64,000 nucleotides of DNA, taken from assembly GCF_036365525.1 (NCBI RefSeq), contig NW_027140807.1, positions 620,001 to 684,000 on the forward strand, in the 5' to 3' direction. The notes below the pieces were generated by a model, which was not told the origin of the DNA, ran no database searches, and saw only the letters and a program-made list of their open reading frames with translations. Below are positions 1-11,900 of this stretch, piece by piece. Made by a program: the position numbers and the translations under genes. The first letter of the stretch is position 1. The number at the start of each line of letters is the position of its first letter. Source of the stretch: Heterodontus francisci (taxonomy: Eukaryota).

Positions 1-1505
1 CCTATATGTCTCAGTCTGTTTATTTCAGACTCTCTCTCACAGATACACACACATTAGGTCTCTCTCTCTGTCTTTGTTTGTCTCTCTCGCTGTGTGTGTG
101 TGTCTCTCTCTCTCTCTTTGTCTCTCTAAGGATGTGGATTTCCTTCTCCTGGTCATGTATATCAACCTGGAGGACTGTATGTTCTCTCACTGTTTCAGTT
201 TTCCTGTGAACTCCTTCTCAAAAACCATTGTACATCACATGGTCCTAGAGCTTCCTCAGCTGTCCCTGTGGTCAAAACATAAACATGTGTCAGTCTATAA
301 CGGCCCCAGTCCTTTTATTGTTATTCTTTCCTGATAGTTACAATCCTGAGATCACGGGATATTCTTATTCAATGAGTTGGAAGATGAATGGGCACGGATA
401 CAAAGCTGTGCATGTGTGTGCGTGTGTTTTTCACTCGCTCTGTCTTTAGTTCACTGTCTCCCTCTGTTTTACTGCTTACTGTCTTTCTCTCCCTGTCTCA
501 TTCTGTGTGTGTGTGTGTCTGTCACCCAATCTGTCTCACTCTCTTCCTCTGTGTTTTTTTTGCTTTTCTCTCGCACTTCCTTCTTCCCCCTCTCTGTCCT
601 CCTCTCTCTCCTCTGTCTGTCTCTATGTCTCAGTCGCTTTCCCTCAGTCGCTTTCTCTCAGTCTCTCTCTCAGTCTCTCTCTCTCAGTCTCTCTCTCTCA
701 GTCTCTCTAACGCTCTCTCTCTCTGTCCCTCTCTCACTCTCTGTCTCGCTCTGTCTCTCAGTCTCTCTCTCTTTCTCTCTGTCTCAGTGTCTCTGTCTCA
801 GTCTCTTCCTCTGTGTTTTTTGTTTTCCCTCTCGCTCTTTCTTGTTCCCCCTCTCTGTCCTCCTCGCTCTCCTCTCTCTTCTCCTCTCTGTCTCAATCTC
901 TCTTTCTCAGTCTCTCTCTCAGTCTCTCTCTGTCTCAGGCTCAGTCTCTCTGTCTCTTTGTCTCAGTCTATCTGTCCCAGTCTCTGTCTCTCTGTCTCAG
1001 TCTCTCTGTCGCTGTCAGTTTTCCTCTCAATCTTGTTCTATCCCTCTCTCACACACTCGGTCTCCTTCTCTTTGTCTCTCTCGTTGAGTGTGTGTGTATC
1101 CCTCTCGAAGGTGATGAATGTGCTTCTCCTGTCAATGTGTATGAAGCTCGAGGGCTGTATGATCTCTGCCTCTTTCTGTTTTCCTATTAAATGTTTGCCA
1201 GGCCATTGTGTATTCATGGTCCTAGAGCACCCTCTGTTAACCCTACAGAGGAGGAAAACTCAGTGTCAATGCAGAAGAACTCAAGTCGTTTTATAATTGA
1301 TCTTTCCTGATAGTTAGAACCTCAGATCTCGTGTTATCCTTGTCAATTGTTCTTAGCACATTCTCTACTACCTGTATATCTAATCTCTCACTACCACTCT
1401 GACCCATCTCTTCTTGTTATCATAAACACTTTCGCTCTGCAAAACAAAAGAAATTCGAGGCTTCGGGCAGTTTTACCCTCCACAGGTGTTTCCTGCTGCC
1501 TTTGG

Positions 1506-1544
1506 GGTTTTTGTTGAACTGCTCCAACTCTCTGAGTCACTGTA
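1506..1544 (-). other. 23-RSS of V1, heptamer mutated (TACAGTG)
   Basis: TACAGTG-23 bp-ACAAAAACC. Confidence 0.9.
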
Positions 1545-2021
1545 ATCTCTCCAGGTACAGAAATACACTGCCGTGTGATTCTTCCGCAGGCTGGAGGGCT
1601 CCAGATTGAACTGGGAGCTAGTCAGTCTCTCGGCGGTGAAACCGTCCACCGCCTTCTCCGGATTTATGTGATCAGTACCTGTGGAGTAAAACATAAACTG
1701 TGGCTCCTTCCCCGGGTATTGTCTGTACCAGAACATGTCAGGGTTACTGCTGCCCTGCACGGTGCATTTCAGCTTCACCTGCTGCTCAGAAAATTTGGAG
1801 ACAGCGGCGGGAGTCTGGTGGATAGTCTGTGTGTTCACATCTGGGAAAGAGACATGGAGAGGAGGAGATCAGTAAACAGGGAACTTCAGTCCAGTGGGAG
1901 AGAGAAAGAGAGAAATAAATAAATAAAAACATCACCTAAAGAAATGTTAAGTAGAATTATTGTTTCAATAAAATGCCTTACGGTGAAACAGGTTGATCAG
2001 AGTCAGTAACGGATACATCAT
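1545..2021 (-). CDS. TRBV: TCR beta V segment V1 (TRBV30-like family); open ORF but RSS heptamer defective
   Basis: Leader exon 2021-1982 (MMYPLLTLINLFH, GTAAG donor); V exon 1840-1545 after TTTCCCAG acceptor; Cys23, WYRQ and YFCTW present, no stops. Confidence 0.9.
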
Positions 2022-2095
2022 TTACTTTAAGCTGCCCTCTGAATCAGCAAAGGGGAGAGAGCAGGAGCGATGAGTGTTGTCAATAACCAACCCAC

Positions 2096-2162
2096 TCTTT
2101 ACAAATCATTGGGAGGAACAGGAAGGGCATTAGGAAGTGATGCAGAGATGGTGACGCCCAGG
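2096..2162 (-). promoter_or_regulatory. Conserved V promoter block (CCAAT/ATTTGYAA, ETS GGAAGT plus decamer-like AGTGATGCA, GACGCCC)
   Basis: Same block ~75-140 bp upstream of the ATG of V3, V4, V5, V8, V9, V10 and V11. Confidence 0.6.
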
Positions 2163-2659
2163 TAAACAAGTCAGAGTGGAGTAGGTTGACAATGTCTCTC
2201 TCTCTCTCTCTATTTGCATATATCCAGCTTTATGTCTACAACTCTTTCACTCTCTTTCTCTCTCTGTATCTGTGTGTGTTTGTGTGTGTGTGCATCTTTC
2301 TGTCTCTGTCTCCCTCTGTCCCGTTCATTTCCACTGAGCTTTTCCTCACGACGTCTCCCTGATTCACCCTCTCTGTCTCTATGTTTCATCACCGGATTGA
2401 TTGAGAACCAGAGGTCATTTATTGAAGGTAATTGGCAGAAGATCCAAAGGTGAACTGAGGAAACGTTTTGACACAGTGAATGGTTAGGATCTGGAATGCA
2501 CTACCTGAGAGTGCGGGGGAGGCAGATTCAATCGTGGCTTTCAAAAGGAATTTTGAATAATTATGTGTAAGGAAAATGTGCAGTGTTATGTAGAAAGGGC
2601 AGGGGGAGTGGGACCAGCTGCAGAGACCAAATACAGCAACAGGCTAACAGCATTGTGGA

Positions 2660-3180
2660 ACATCCTGCATTCAGGCTGCAAGTGTGACCCTGAGATTCCG
2701 GTTAGCGGATACTTTTAATTCTCATTCCCACTCCCACCCTGACCTCTCTGTCCTCGACCTCCTTCTCTGCTCCAGTGAAGCTCAACAGAAACTCGAAGAA
2801 AAGCACCTCATCTTTCAATTGGATTCTTTACAGCTTTCTGGGCTCAACAGTGAGTTAAACAATTTCTGATCGTAACCACTGCTCCGGTTTATATGGGCAG
2901 AGGTTTGTTGGTAATGATTGTGTTTCTGCCATTTCCATCTCCACTAGACCCATCTCTTGTTCTTTACTTGACCCATTAACATCCCCTTTGTCTTGCACCA
3001 GCCTTAGTTTTGTTATTAAATCTCTCCTGCATTCCTCCGATTCTCCCTCTCCCTGGCTTTGTGCTGCTTAAAAGTTGATAGACCTCTAAATCCTTCCAGT
3101 TCTGCTGAATGATCTAGGACATGATATGTTAATTTTTCCCCCTCCACAGAGGCTGTCTGACCTGATTAGTATTTCCATCC
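2660..3180 (+). mobile_element. Penelope-like retroelement 3' fragment (GIY-YIG C-terminal region); duplicated at ~29160-29680
   Basis: ORF 2684-2869 FNSHSHSHPDLSVLDLL...KLEEKHLIFQLDSLQLSGLNSELNNF resembles vertebrate Penelope C-termini. Confidence 0.6.
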
Positions 3181-3786
3181 TTATTTATTTATAACCCAGA
3201 AACGCAATGAGCACCAATATAGTGACAGAGCCCCAAGAACCTAAACCATCCAGCATCTGCGGTATCTTGTGTTCAGTTCACCAGACTGTAACCGGGATGT
3301 ATTTCTATAATTATCAGGAGAGGTTCATAGACAAGTTTCAAAGTCCCTATTGAAACATCATCAATAATCTGATACTTATCACGGTCCTACACCGCCCTCT
3401 GCTGTCCCTTTGGATAAAGACAACACAGTCGGTGAATAAAACACAACAGTGTCTGTCTGCCTGCCAGCTATCTATCGACCTATCTCCCTAGCTATCTGAT
3501 CTTCACTTCACACATTAAACCCTTTCATAATCTTTCTAAGAACTATGAATGTTCAGCCTTCAGACTTCTCCTTTCTGGAGCAAAGATGTTCAAACTATCT
3601 TTGTTCCGATATCATTCCTGTCAAGTCTATTTCACAATTCCCCTGTGCTTCTATATCTAACCTCTCACTTTCTGTTTAAATCCGCCCTGTCTTCTTGTGA
3701 AAAACACTTTTCCAATGCCAAAAACAACCAACAGGACGCAGCACAGCCTGGTTTTATCTGAAACAGGTGTTTCCTGCTGCCTTTGG

Positions 3787-3819
3787 GGTTTTTGTTGAAC
3801 TGCTCCATCTCTCACTGTG
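3787..3819 (-). other. RSS of V2 with 17-bp spacer (6-bp deletion)
   Basis: CACAGTG-17 bp-ACAAAAACC; the deleted bases include the AP-1 motif. Confidence 0.9.
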
Positions 3820-4275
3820 AAGACTCCAGGCACAGAAATACACGGCCGAGTGATTCTCACGCAGGCTGGAGGACTCCAGTTTGAACTCGTACTTATTAAT
3901 TTTCTCGGCGGTAAAACCTTTCCCCGTCCCCTCTGGATCCACATAGTTAGCAGTACTGGAGTAAAACATCAACAGCGGCTCCTTCCCCGGGTGTTGTCTG
4001 TATCAGTACATGGAGATGCTACTGCTGCTCCCCTTGACAGTGCACATCAGTTCTACTCCTTTCCCGGGAAATCTGGAGACAGCGGCGGGAGTCTGGTGGA
4101 TAGTCTGTGAGTTCACATCTGGGACAGAGATGGACAGAGGAGGAGATCAGTAAACAGGGAATTTCTGGGAATGAAAGGGAGACAGGGAGAGGAGAGGAAG
4201 GTTATTAACAATAATCTTTGCAATTCATACTCACTTACAGTGAAACAGGATTATCAGACCCAGTAACAGATACAT
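3820..4275 (-). pseudogene. TRBV: TRBV pseudogene V2 (TRBV30-like)
   Basis: Leader 4275-4239; V exon 4118-3820; conserved Trp codon changed to TGA at 4003-4005; RSS spacer shortened. Confidence 0.9.
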
Positions 4276-4392
4276 CTTTCACTGTAACTTGTTCTCTTAA
4301 TAGACACAGGAGTGACAGTAGGAGCTTAGAGTCTTGTGAAGGTCCAAATCCACTCTTTACAAATCTTTCCTGCTGCCTTTGGTGTTTTTGTT

Positions 4393-6020
4393 ATTAGAAT
4401 TAGAATTAGAACATTACAGCGCAGTACAGGCCCTTCGGCCCTCGATGTTGCACCGACCTGTGAAACCATCTGAACTACACTATTCCATTTTCATCCATAT
4501 GTCTATCCAATGACCACTTAAATGCCCTTAAAGTTGGCGAGTCTACTTCTGTTGCAGGCAGGGCGTTCCACGCCCCTACTACTCTCTGAGTAAAGAAACT
4601 ACCTCTGACATCTGTCCTATATCTATCACCCCTCAACTTAAAGCTATGTTCCCTCGTGTTTGCCATCACCATCCGAGGAAAAATACTCTCACTATCCACC
4701 CTATCTAACCCTCTGATTATCTTATATGTCTCTATTAAGTCACCTCTCCTCCTCCTTCTCTCCAACGAAAACAACCTCAAGTCCCTCAACATTTCCTCGT
4801 AGGACCTTCCCTCCATACCAGGCAACATCCTAGTAAATCTCCTCTGCACCCTTTCCAAAGCTTCCACATCCTTCTTCTAATGCGGTGACCAGAACTGCAC
4901 GCAATACTCCAGGTGCAGTCTCACCAGAGTTTTGTACAGCTGCAGCATGACCTCGTGGCTCCGAAACTCGATCCCCCTACTAATAAAAGCTAACACACCA
5001 TATGCCTTCTTAACAGCCCTATTAACCTGGGTAGCAACCTTCAGGGATTTATGCACCTGGACACCAAGATCTCTCTGTTCATCTACACTACCAAGAATCT
5101 TCCCATTAGCCCAGTACTCTGCATTCCTGTTACTCCTTCCAAAGTGAATCACCTCGCACTTTTCCGCATTAAACTCCATTTGCCATCTCTCAGCCCAGCT
5201 CTGCAGCCTATCTATGTCCCGCTGTACCCTACAACATCCTTCGGCACTATCCACAACTCCACCGACCTTAGTGTCATCTGCAAATTTACTAACCCACCCT
5301 TCTACACCCTCTTCCAGGTCATTTATAAAAATGACAAACAGCAGTGGCCCCAAAACAGAACCTTGCGGTACACCACTAGTAACTAAACTCCAGGATGAAC
5401 ATTTGCCATCAACCACCACCCTCTGTCTTCTTTCAGCTAGCCAATTTCTGATCCAAAGCTCGAAATCCCCTTCAACCCCATACTTCCGTATTTTCTGCAA
5501 TAGCCTACCGTGGGGAACCTTATCAAACGCCTTACTGAAATCCATATAGACCACATCCACTGCTTTACCCTCATCCACCTGTTTGGTCACCTTCTCGAAA
5601 AACTCAATAAGGTTTGTGAGGCATGACCTACCCTTCACAAAACCGTGCTGACTATCTCTAATGAACTTATTCTTATCAAGATGATTATAAATCCTGTCTC
5701 TTATAACCTTTTCCAACATTTTACCCACAACCGAAGTAAGGCTCACAGGTCTATAATTACCAGGGCTGTCTCTACTCCCCTTCTTGAACAAGGGGACAAC
5801 ATTTGCTATCCTCCAGTCTTCCAGCACTATTCCTGTCGACAATGATGACATAAAGATCAAGGACAAAGTCTCTGCAATCTCCTCCCTGGCTTCCCAGAGA
5901 ATCCTAGGATAAATCCCATCTGGCCCAGGGGACTTATCTATTTTCACACTTTCCAAAATTGCTAACACCTCCTCCTTGTGAACCTCAATCCCATCTAGCC
6001 GAGTAGCCTGAATCTCAGAA
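4393..6020 (-). mobile_element. 5'-truncated young CR1-clade LINE (HER1-like) with intact RT domain
   Basis: KSPGPDG, PQGSVLGPLLF, FADD, YCVQFWSP and TREH motifs; one in-frame stop at 4877-4879; (TTCTAA)n tail; possible TTGTT target-site duplication at 4388-4392 and 6021-6025. Confidence 0.92.
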
Positions 6021-6099
6021 TTGTTTCGCTCTGCTAAACGAAAGAAGTTCTCGGCTCCGAGCAGTTTTAAAGTCCACAGGTGTTTCCTGCTGCCTTTGG

Positions 6100-6138
6100 G
6101 GTTTTTGTTGAACTGCTCCATCTCTCTGAGTCACTGTG
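6100..6138 (-). other. Canonical 23-RSS of V3
   Basis: CACAGTG-23-ACAAAAACC. Confidence 0.95.
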
Positions 6139-6611
6139 AAGACTCCAGGCACAGAAATACACGGCCGAGTGATCCTCCCGCAGGCTGGAGGACTCCAGGT
6201 TGAAGTCGAAGTTACTCGGTCTCTCGGCGGTGAAACCGTCCACCATCCCCTCTGATTTCACGTTTTGTGCAGCGATAGAGTAAAACATCATCTGCGGCTC
6301 CTTCCCCGGGTATTGTCTGTACCAGTACATGTATAGGATACTGGTGCTGCTGCGCTGCACAGTGCACTTCAGTTCCACTCTCTCACCAGGCAATTTAGAG
6401 ACAGCGGTGGGAGTCTGGTGGATAGTCTGTGAGTTCACATCTGGGAAAGAGACAGAGAGATCAGTAAACAGGGACATTCAGTGCCTTGGGGAGAGAGAAG
6501 AGAGAGAGAGAATCAAAAATAAATACAACAAAAGAAATGTTAAGTAGAATTATTGTTTCAATATAATCCCTTACGGTGAAACAGGGTGATCAGAGTCAGT
6601 AACAGATACAT
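6139..6611 (-). CDS. TRBV: TCR beta V segment V3, apparently functional (TRBV30-like)
   Basis: Leader 6611-6575 (MYLLLTLITLFH); V exon 6440-6139 open with C23, W41, C104 and CAWS. Confidence 0.93.
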
Positions 6612-8280
6612 CTTTTACTTTATGCTGCCCTCTGAATCAGCAAAGAGAAGAGAGCAGGAGTGATGAGTGTTGTCAATAACCAACCCACTCTTTGCAAATC
6701 ATTGGGAGGAACAGGGAGAGCATTAGGAAGTGATGCAGAGATGGTGACGCCCAGGTCAACAAATTAGAGTGGAGTAGGTTGACAACGTCTCTCTCTCTAT
6801 CTATCTCAATCCGCCTTCCTCTCTCTTTCTTACACTTTGTTTCTATCTCTCTCTCTCTCTCTCTGCATGTATCGAGCTTTATGTCTCCAACTCTTTCAAT
6901 CTCTTTCTCACTCTGTATCTGTGTCTGTGTGTGTGTGTGTGAGTGTGTGTGTGTGTGTGTGTCGTTCTCTCTCTGTCTCCCTCTGTCCCGTTCATTTACG
7001 CTGAGTTTTTCCTCTCTATGTCTCCCTGATTCACCCTCTCTGTCTCTGTGTTTCATCACCGGATGTATTGAGTCCCTGTGCATTGGGGGTTGTTCCCCTC
7101 TGTGCAGTGAAGGTGAGAGGGATATTAACCAGACTGGTGCCAGGGATGAGGGACTTCAGTTACTGTGGAGAGACTGGAGAATGTGGGGGTTTCTCTACTT
7201 GCAGCACAGAAGGTTAATGGTAGATGTGATACAGACATTGAAGATCATAGAGGATTTTGATAGATAATTGATGACAAACCACATCATCGACTGGTCAATA
7301 TATAGAAAATCTCTGAAAAGATGGTCATTCATTACATTATTACAGTATGTTTAATCAGTTCATACAAACTGTAATCAGCTAAAGATAGAGTTAGATAGAT
7401 AGCGAGAAAGAGCGATAGATAATCAGGTAGAGAGATAGATAGATAGACAGTCAGGTACACAGATAGATATATAGAGAGGTAGAGAAATACAGAGATAGAG
7501 GGAAAGTCAGATAGGTAGAGATTTAGCGAGCTAGATAGAGAGGCAGTCACTGCCCATGTAAAAGACAGGGATGTTAATTGGCATTCTCTCATTTTACACC
7601 GGCTTTGTAGCGAGTGGGAGAGAGAGGGAGGGAGAGAGAGGGAGAGTGGGGATGGAGAAAGAGGGATGGCGAGAGGGGGAAAGAGGGGGATGGAGAGAGG
7701 GATGGAGAAAGAGCAATGGAGAGAGGGAGCGACAGGAAGTTATTGATCATTCCTGATCTCATTGAAGGTCGGAGTTTTTCCGAGGTGATGAATGGTCTCC
7801 TTGTGTTCCCAGGTCACTGTTAAAGTGTGTTGCAGACTCTGATGTTTATCATGGTCCTACAGTGCACTCTGCTGTCCCTTTGGAGAAAGGAAACACGTGA
7901 NNNNNNNNNNNNNNNNNNNNNNNNNNNNNNNNNNNNNNNNNNNNNNNNNNNNNNNNNNNNNNNNNNNNNNNNNNNNNNNNNNNNNNNNNNNNNNNNNNNN
8001 NNNNNNNNNNNNNNNNNNNNNNNNNNNNNNNNNNNNNNNNNCAGTCTTCTCCTTTCTGGAGCAAAGATCCCCCAATGTTCAAATTAATCTTCATAACTTT
8101 AACCTCTGTGTTCATGTTAAGTGTATTTTGCAATTTCCCTGTTCTTCTTTCTAACCTGCGACCTTCTATTTAAATCCACCCTGTCTTCTTGCGGAAAACA
8201 TGATCCCAATGATAAAAACACCCAACAGGACGCAGCACCGCCTGGTTTTATCTAAAACAGGTGTTTCCTGCTGCCTTTGG

Positions 8281-8319
8281 GGTTTTTATTGAACTGTTCC
8301 AATTCTCTGAGTCAGTGTG
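8281..8319 (-). other. 23-RSS of V4 (variant)
   Basis: CACACTG-23-ATAAAAACC. Confidence 0.85.
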
Positions 8320-8761
8320 AAGTCTCCAGGCTCAGAAATACACGGCCGAGTGATTCTCCCGCAGGCTGGAGGTCTCCAGATTGAACTGGGAGTCAGTCGG
8401 TCTCTCGGCGGTGAAACCGCCCACTGTCCCCTCTGGATCCACATAGTTAACAGTACTGGAGTAAAACATCAACAGCGGCTCCTTCCCCGGGTATTGTCTG
8501 TACCAGTACATGGAGAGGTTACTGCTGCTCCCCTCCACGGTGCACCTCAGTTCCACTCATTTCTCGGGAAACCTGGAGACTGCGGCGGGAGTCTGGTGGA
8601 TAGTCTGTGAGTTGACATCTGGGAGAGAGATGGAGAGAGGAGGAGATCAGTAAACAGGGAACTTCTGGGAATGGAAGGGAGACAGGGAGAAGACAGGAAG
8701 GTTCTGAAGGATAATCTTTGTATCCTTGAACCAGGATTATCAGAGCCAGGAACAGATACAT
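8320..8761 (-). pseudogene. TRBV: TRBV pseudogene V4 (paralog of V5)
   Basis: TGA in FR1 and at Cys104; leader splice donor deleted relative to V5. Confidence 0.9.
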
Positions 8762-8998
8762 CTCCCACTTGACACTGCCCTATCAAACAGCAAAGGAAGT
8801 GGAACAGAGGAAATCAGTTCTGTGACTAACCAATCCGCTCTTTACAAATCATTGAGTAAAACATGAAGGGCATGAGGAAGTCATGCAGTGTTGGACACGC
8901 CCCCTTCCAGCACCCAACCAATCAGAATGGACGTGGTTGCTTATGATGGTTGAGTGACTGGATTAAGTGTTGTTAACATCCCCAACAAGAGTGTCTGT

Positions 8999-11900
8999 TA
9001 GATAGGTGTCTGTTCCCGGGGGGGGGGGGTATTTAGATAGGAGTCTGTTCCCGGGGGGGGGGGGGTATTTAGATAGGAGTCTGTTCCCGGTGGGGGGGGG
9101 GTATTTAGATAGGAGTCTGTTCCGGGGGTGGGGGGGCGGTATTTAGATAGGAGTCTGTTCCCGGGGGGGGGTATTTAGATAGGAGTCTGTTCCGGGGGTG
9201 GGGGGGGGGGGGTATTTAGATAGGAGTCTGTTCCCGGGGGGGGGGTATTTAGATGGGGGTCTGTTCCCGGGGCCCGGGGGGGTGGTATTTAGATAGGAGT
9301 CTGTTCCCGGGGGGGGGGGGGTATTTAGATAGGAGTCTGTTCCCGGGGGGGGGGTATTTAGATAGGAGTCTGTTCCGGGGGTGGGGGGGGGTATTTAGAT
9401 AGGAGTCTGTTCCCGGGGGGGGTGTATTTAGGTAGGAGTCTGTTGTGGGGTATTTAGATAGGAGTCTGTTCCTCGGGGGGGGGGGGTATTTAGATAGGAG
9501 TCTGTTGTGGGGTATTTAGATAGGAGTCTGTTCCCGGGTGGGGGGGGGTATTTAGATAGGAGTCTGTTCCCGGGGGGGGGGGTATTTAGATAGGAGTCTG
9601 TTGTGGGGTATTTAGATAGGAGTCTGTTCCTCGGGGGGGGGTATTTAGATAGGAGTCTGTTGTGGGGTATTTAGATAGGAGTCTGTTCCCGGGGGGGTAT
9701 TTAGATAGGAGTCTGTTCCCGGGGGGGGTGGTATTTAGATAGGAGTCTGTTGTGGGTATTTAGATAGGAGTCTGTTCCTCGGGCGTGGTGGGGTATTTAG
9801 ATAGGAGTCTGTTCCCGGTGGGGTATTTAGATAGGAGTCTGTTGTGGGGTATTTAGATAGGAGTCTGTTCCTCGGGCGTGGTGGGGTATTTAGATGGGAG
9901 TCTGTTCCTCGAGCGTGGTGGGGTATTTAGATAGGAGTCTGTTCCTGGGGGGGTATTTAGATGGGGGTCTGTTCCCGGGGCCCGGGGGGGGGGGTATTTA
10001 GATAGGAGTCTGTTCCCGAGGGGGGTTTTTAGATAGGAGTCTGTTCCCTGTGGGGTATTTAGATAGGAGTCTGTTGTGGGGTATTTAGATAGGAGTCTGA
10101 TCCTCGGAGGTGGTGGGGTATTTAGATAGGAGGCTGTTCCTGGGGGGGGTATTTAGATAGGAGTCTGTTCCCGGGGGGATGTTTAGATAGGAGTCTGTTC
10201 CGGGGGGAGGGGTATTTAGATAGGAGTCTGTTCCCTGTGGGGTATTTAGTATTTAGATAGGATCCTGTTCCGGGGGTGGGGGGGGTATTTAGATAGGAGT
10301 CTGTTCCCGGGGGGGGGGGGGGGTATTTAGATAGGAGTCTGTTCCCGGGGGGGGGGGTATTTAGATAGGAGTCTGTTGTGGGGTATTTAGATAGGAGTCT
10401 GTTCCTCGGGGGTGGTGGGGTATTTAGATAGGAGGCTGTTCCTCGGGGGTGGTGGGGTATTTAGATAGGAGGCTGTTCCTGGGGGAGGTATTTAGATAGG
10501 AGTCTGTTCCTGGGGGAGGTATTTAGATGGGAGTCTGTTCCTGGGGGAGGTATTTAGATGGGAGTCTGTTCCTCGGGCGTGGTGGGGTATTTAGATAGGA
10601 GTCTGTTCCTGGGGGGGGGTATTTAGATGGGGGTCTGTTCCCGGGGCCCGGGGGGTATTTAGATAGGAGTCTGTTCCCGGTGGGGTATTTAGATAGGAGT
10701 CTGTTCCCGGGGGGGTATTTAGATAGGAGTCTGTTCCCGGTGGGGTATTTAGATAGGAGTCTGTTCCCGGGGGGGGGGGTATTTAGATAGGAGTCTGTTC
10801 CCGGTGGGGTATTTAGATAGGAGTCTGTTGTGGGGTACTTAGATAGGAGTCTGTTCCTCGGGGGTGGTGGGGTATTTAGATTGGAGGCTGTTCCTGGGGG
10901 GAGGGTATTTAGATGGGGGTCTGTTCCCGGGGCCCGGGGGTGGTATTTAGATAGGAGTCTGTTCCGGGGGGGGGGTATTTAGATAGGAGTCTGTTCCCGG
11001 TGGGGTATTTAGATAGGAGTCTGTTGTGGGGTATTTAGATAGGAGTCTGTTCCTCGGGGGTGGTGGGGTATTTAGATAGGAGGCTGTTCCTGGGGGGGGG
11101 TATTTAGATTGGGGTCTGTTCCCGGGGCCCGGGGGGGGGGTATTCAGATAGGAGTCTGTTCCTGGGGGGGGGGGTATTTAGATGGGGGTCTGTTCCCGGG
11201 GCCCGGGGGGGGTATTTAGATAGGAGTCTGTTCCTGGGGGGGGGGTACTTAGATGGGGGTCTGTTCCCGGGGCCCGGGGGTGGGGGTGGTATTTAGATAG
11301 GAGTCTGTTCCCGGGGGGGGTATTTAGATAGGTGTCTGTTCCCGGTGGGGTATTTAGATAGGAGTCTGTTCCCGGGGGGGGTAATTAGATAGGGGTCTGT
11401 TGTGGGGTATTTAGATAGGAGTCTGTTCCTCGGGGGTGGTGGGGTATTTAGATAGGAGGCTGTTCCTGGGGAGGTATTTAGATTGGAGTCTGTTCCTGGG
11501 GGAGGTATTTAGATGGGAGTCTGTTCCTAGGGGGTGGTGGGGTATTTAGATAGGAGGCTGTTCCTCGGGGGTGGTGGGGTATTTAGATAGGAGGCTGTTC
11601 CTGGGGGGGGATATTTAGATGGGGGTCTGATCCCGGGGCCCGGTGGGGGGGGGGGTATTTAGATAGGAGTCTGTTCCCGGGGGGGGGGGGTATTTAGATA
11701 GGAGTCAGTTCCCGGTGGGGTATTTAGATAGGAGTCTGTTGTGGGGTATTTAGATAGGAGTCTGTTCCTCGGGGGTGGTGGGGTATTTAGATAGGAGTCT
11801 GTTCCTGGGGGAGGGGGGTATTTAGATGGGGGTCTGTTCCCGGGGCCCGGGGGGGGGGTATTTAGATAGGAGTCTGTTCCTGGGGGGGTATTTAGATGGG

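Noticed and set aside
377-1296. Long Ser/Leu-rich ORFs (also 26902-27798, 41808-42379, 51338-51982, 57362-58081)
   Set aside because: Translations of CT/GA/GATA microsatellite; no domain signal
1575-1922. Recurrent plus-strand ORFs antisense to V exons (MILPQAGGLQ...; also 50382-50921, 56128-56544)
   Set aside because: Shadow frames with non-ATG starts, repeated only because the V exons are duplicated
7827-8154. ORFs spanning N-runs (also 29934-30483 and 39012-39235)
   Set aside because: Artefacts of undetermined bases
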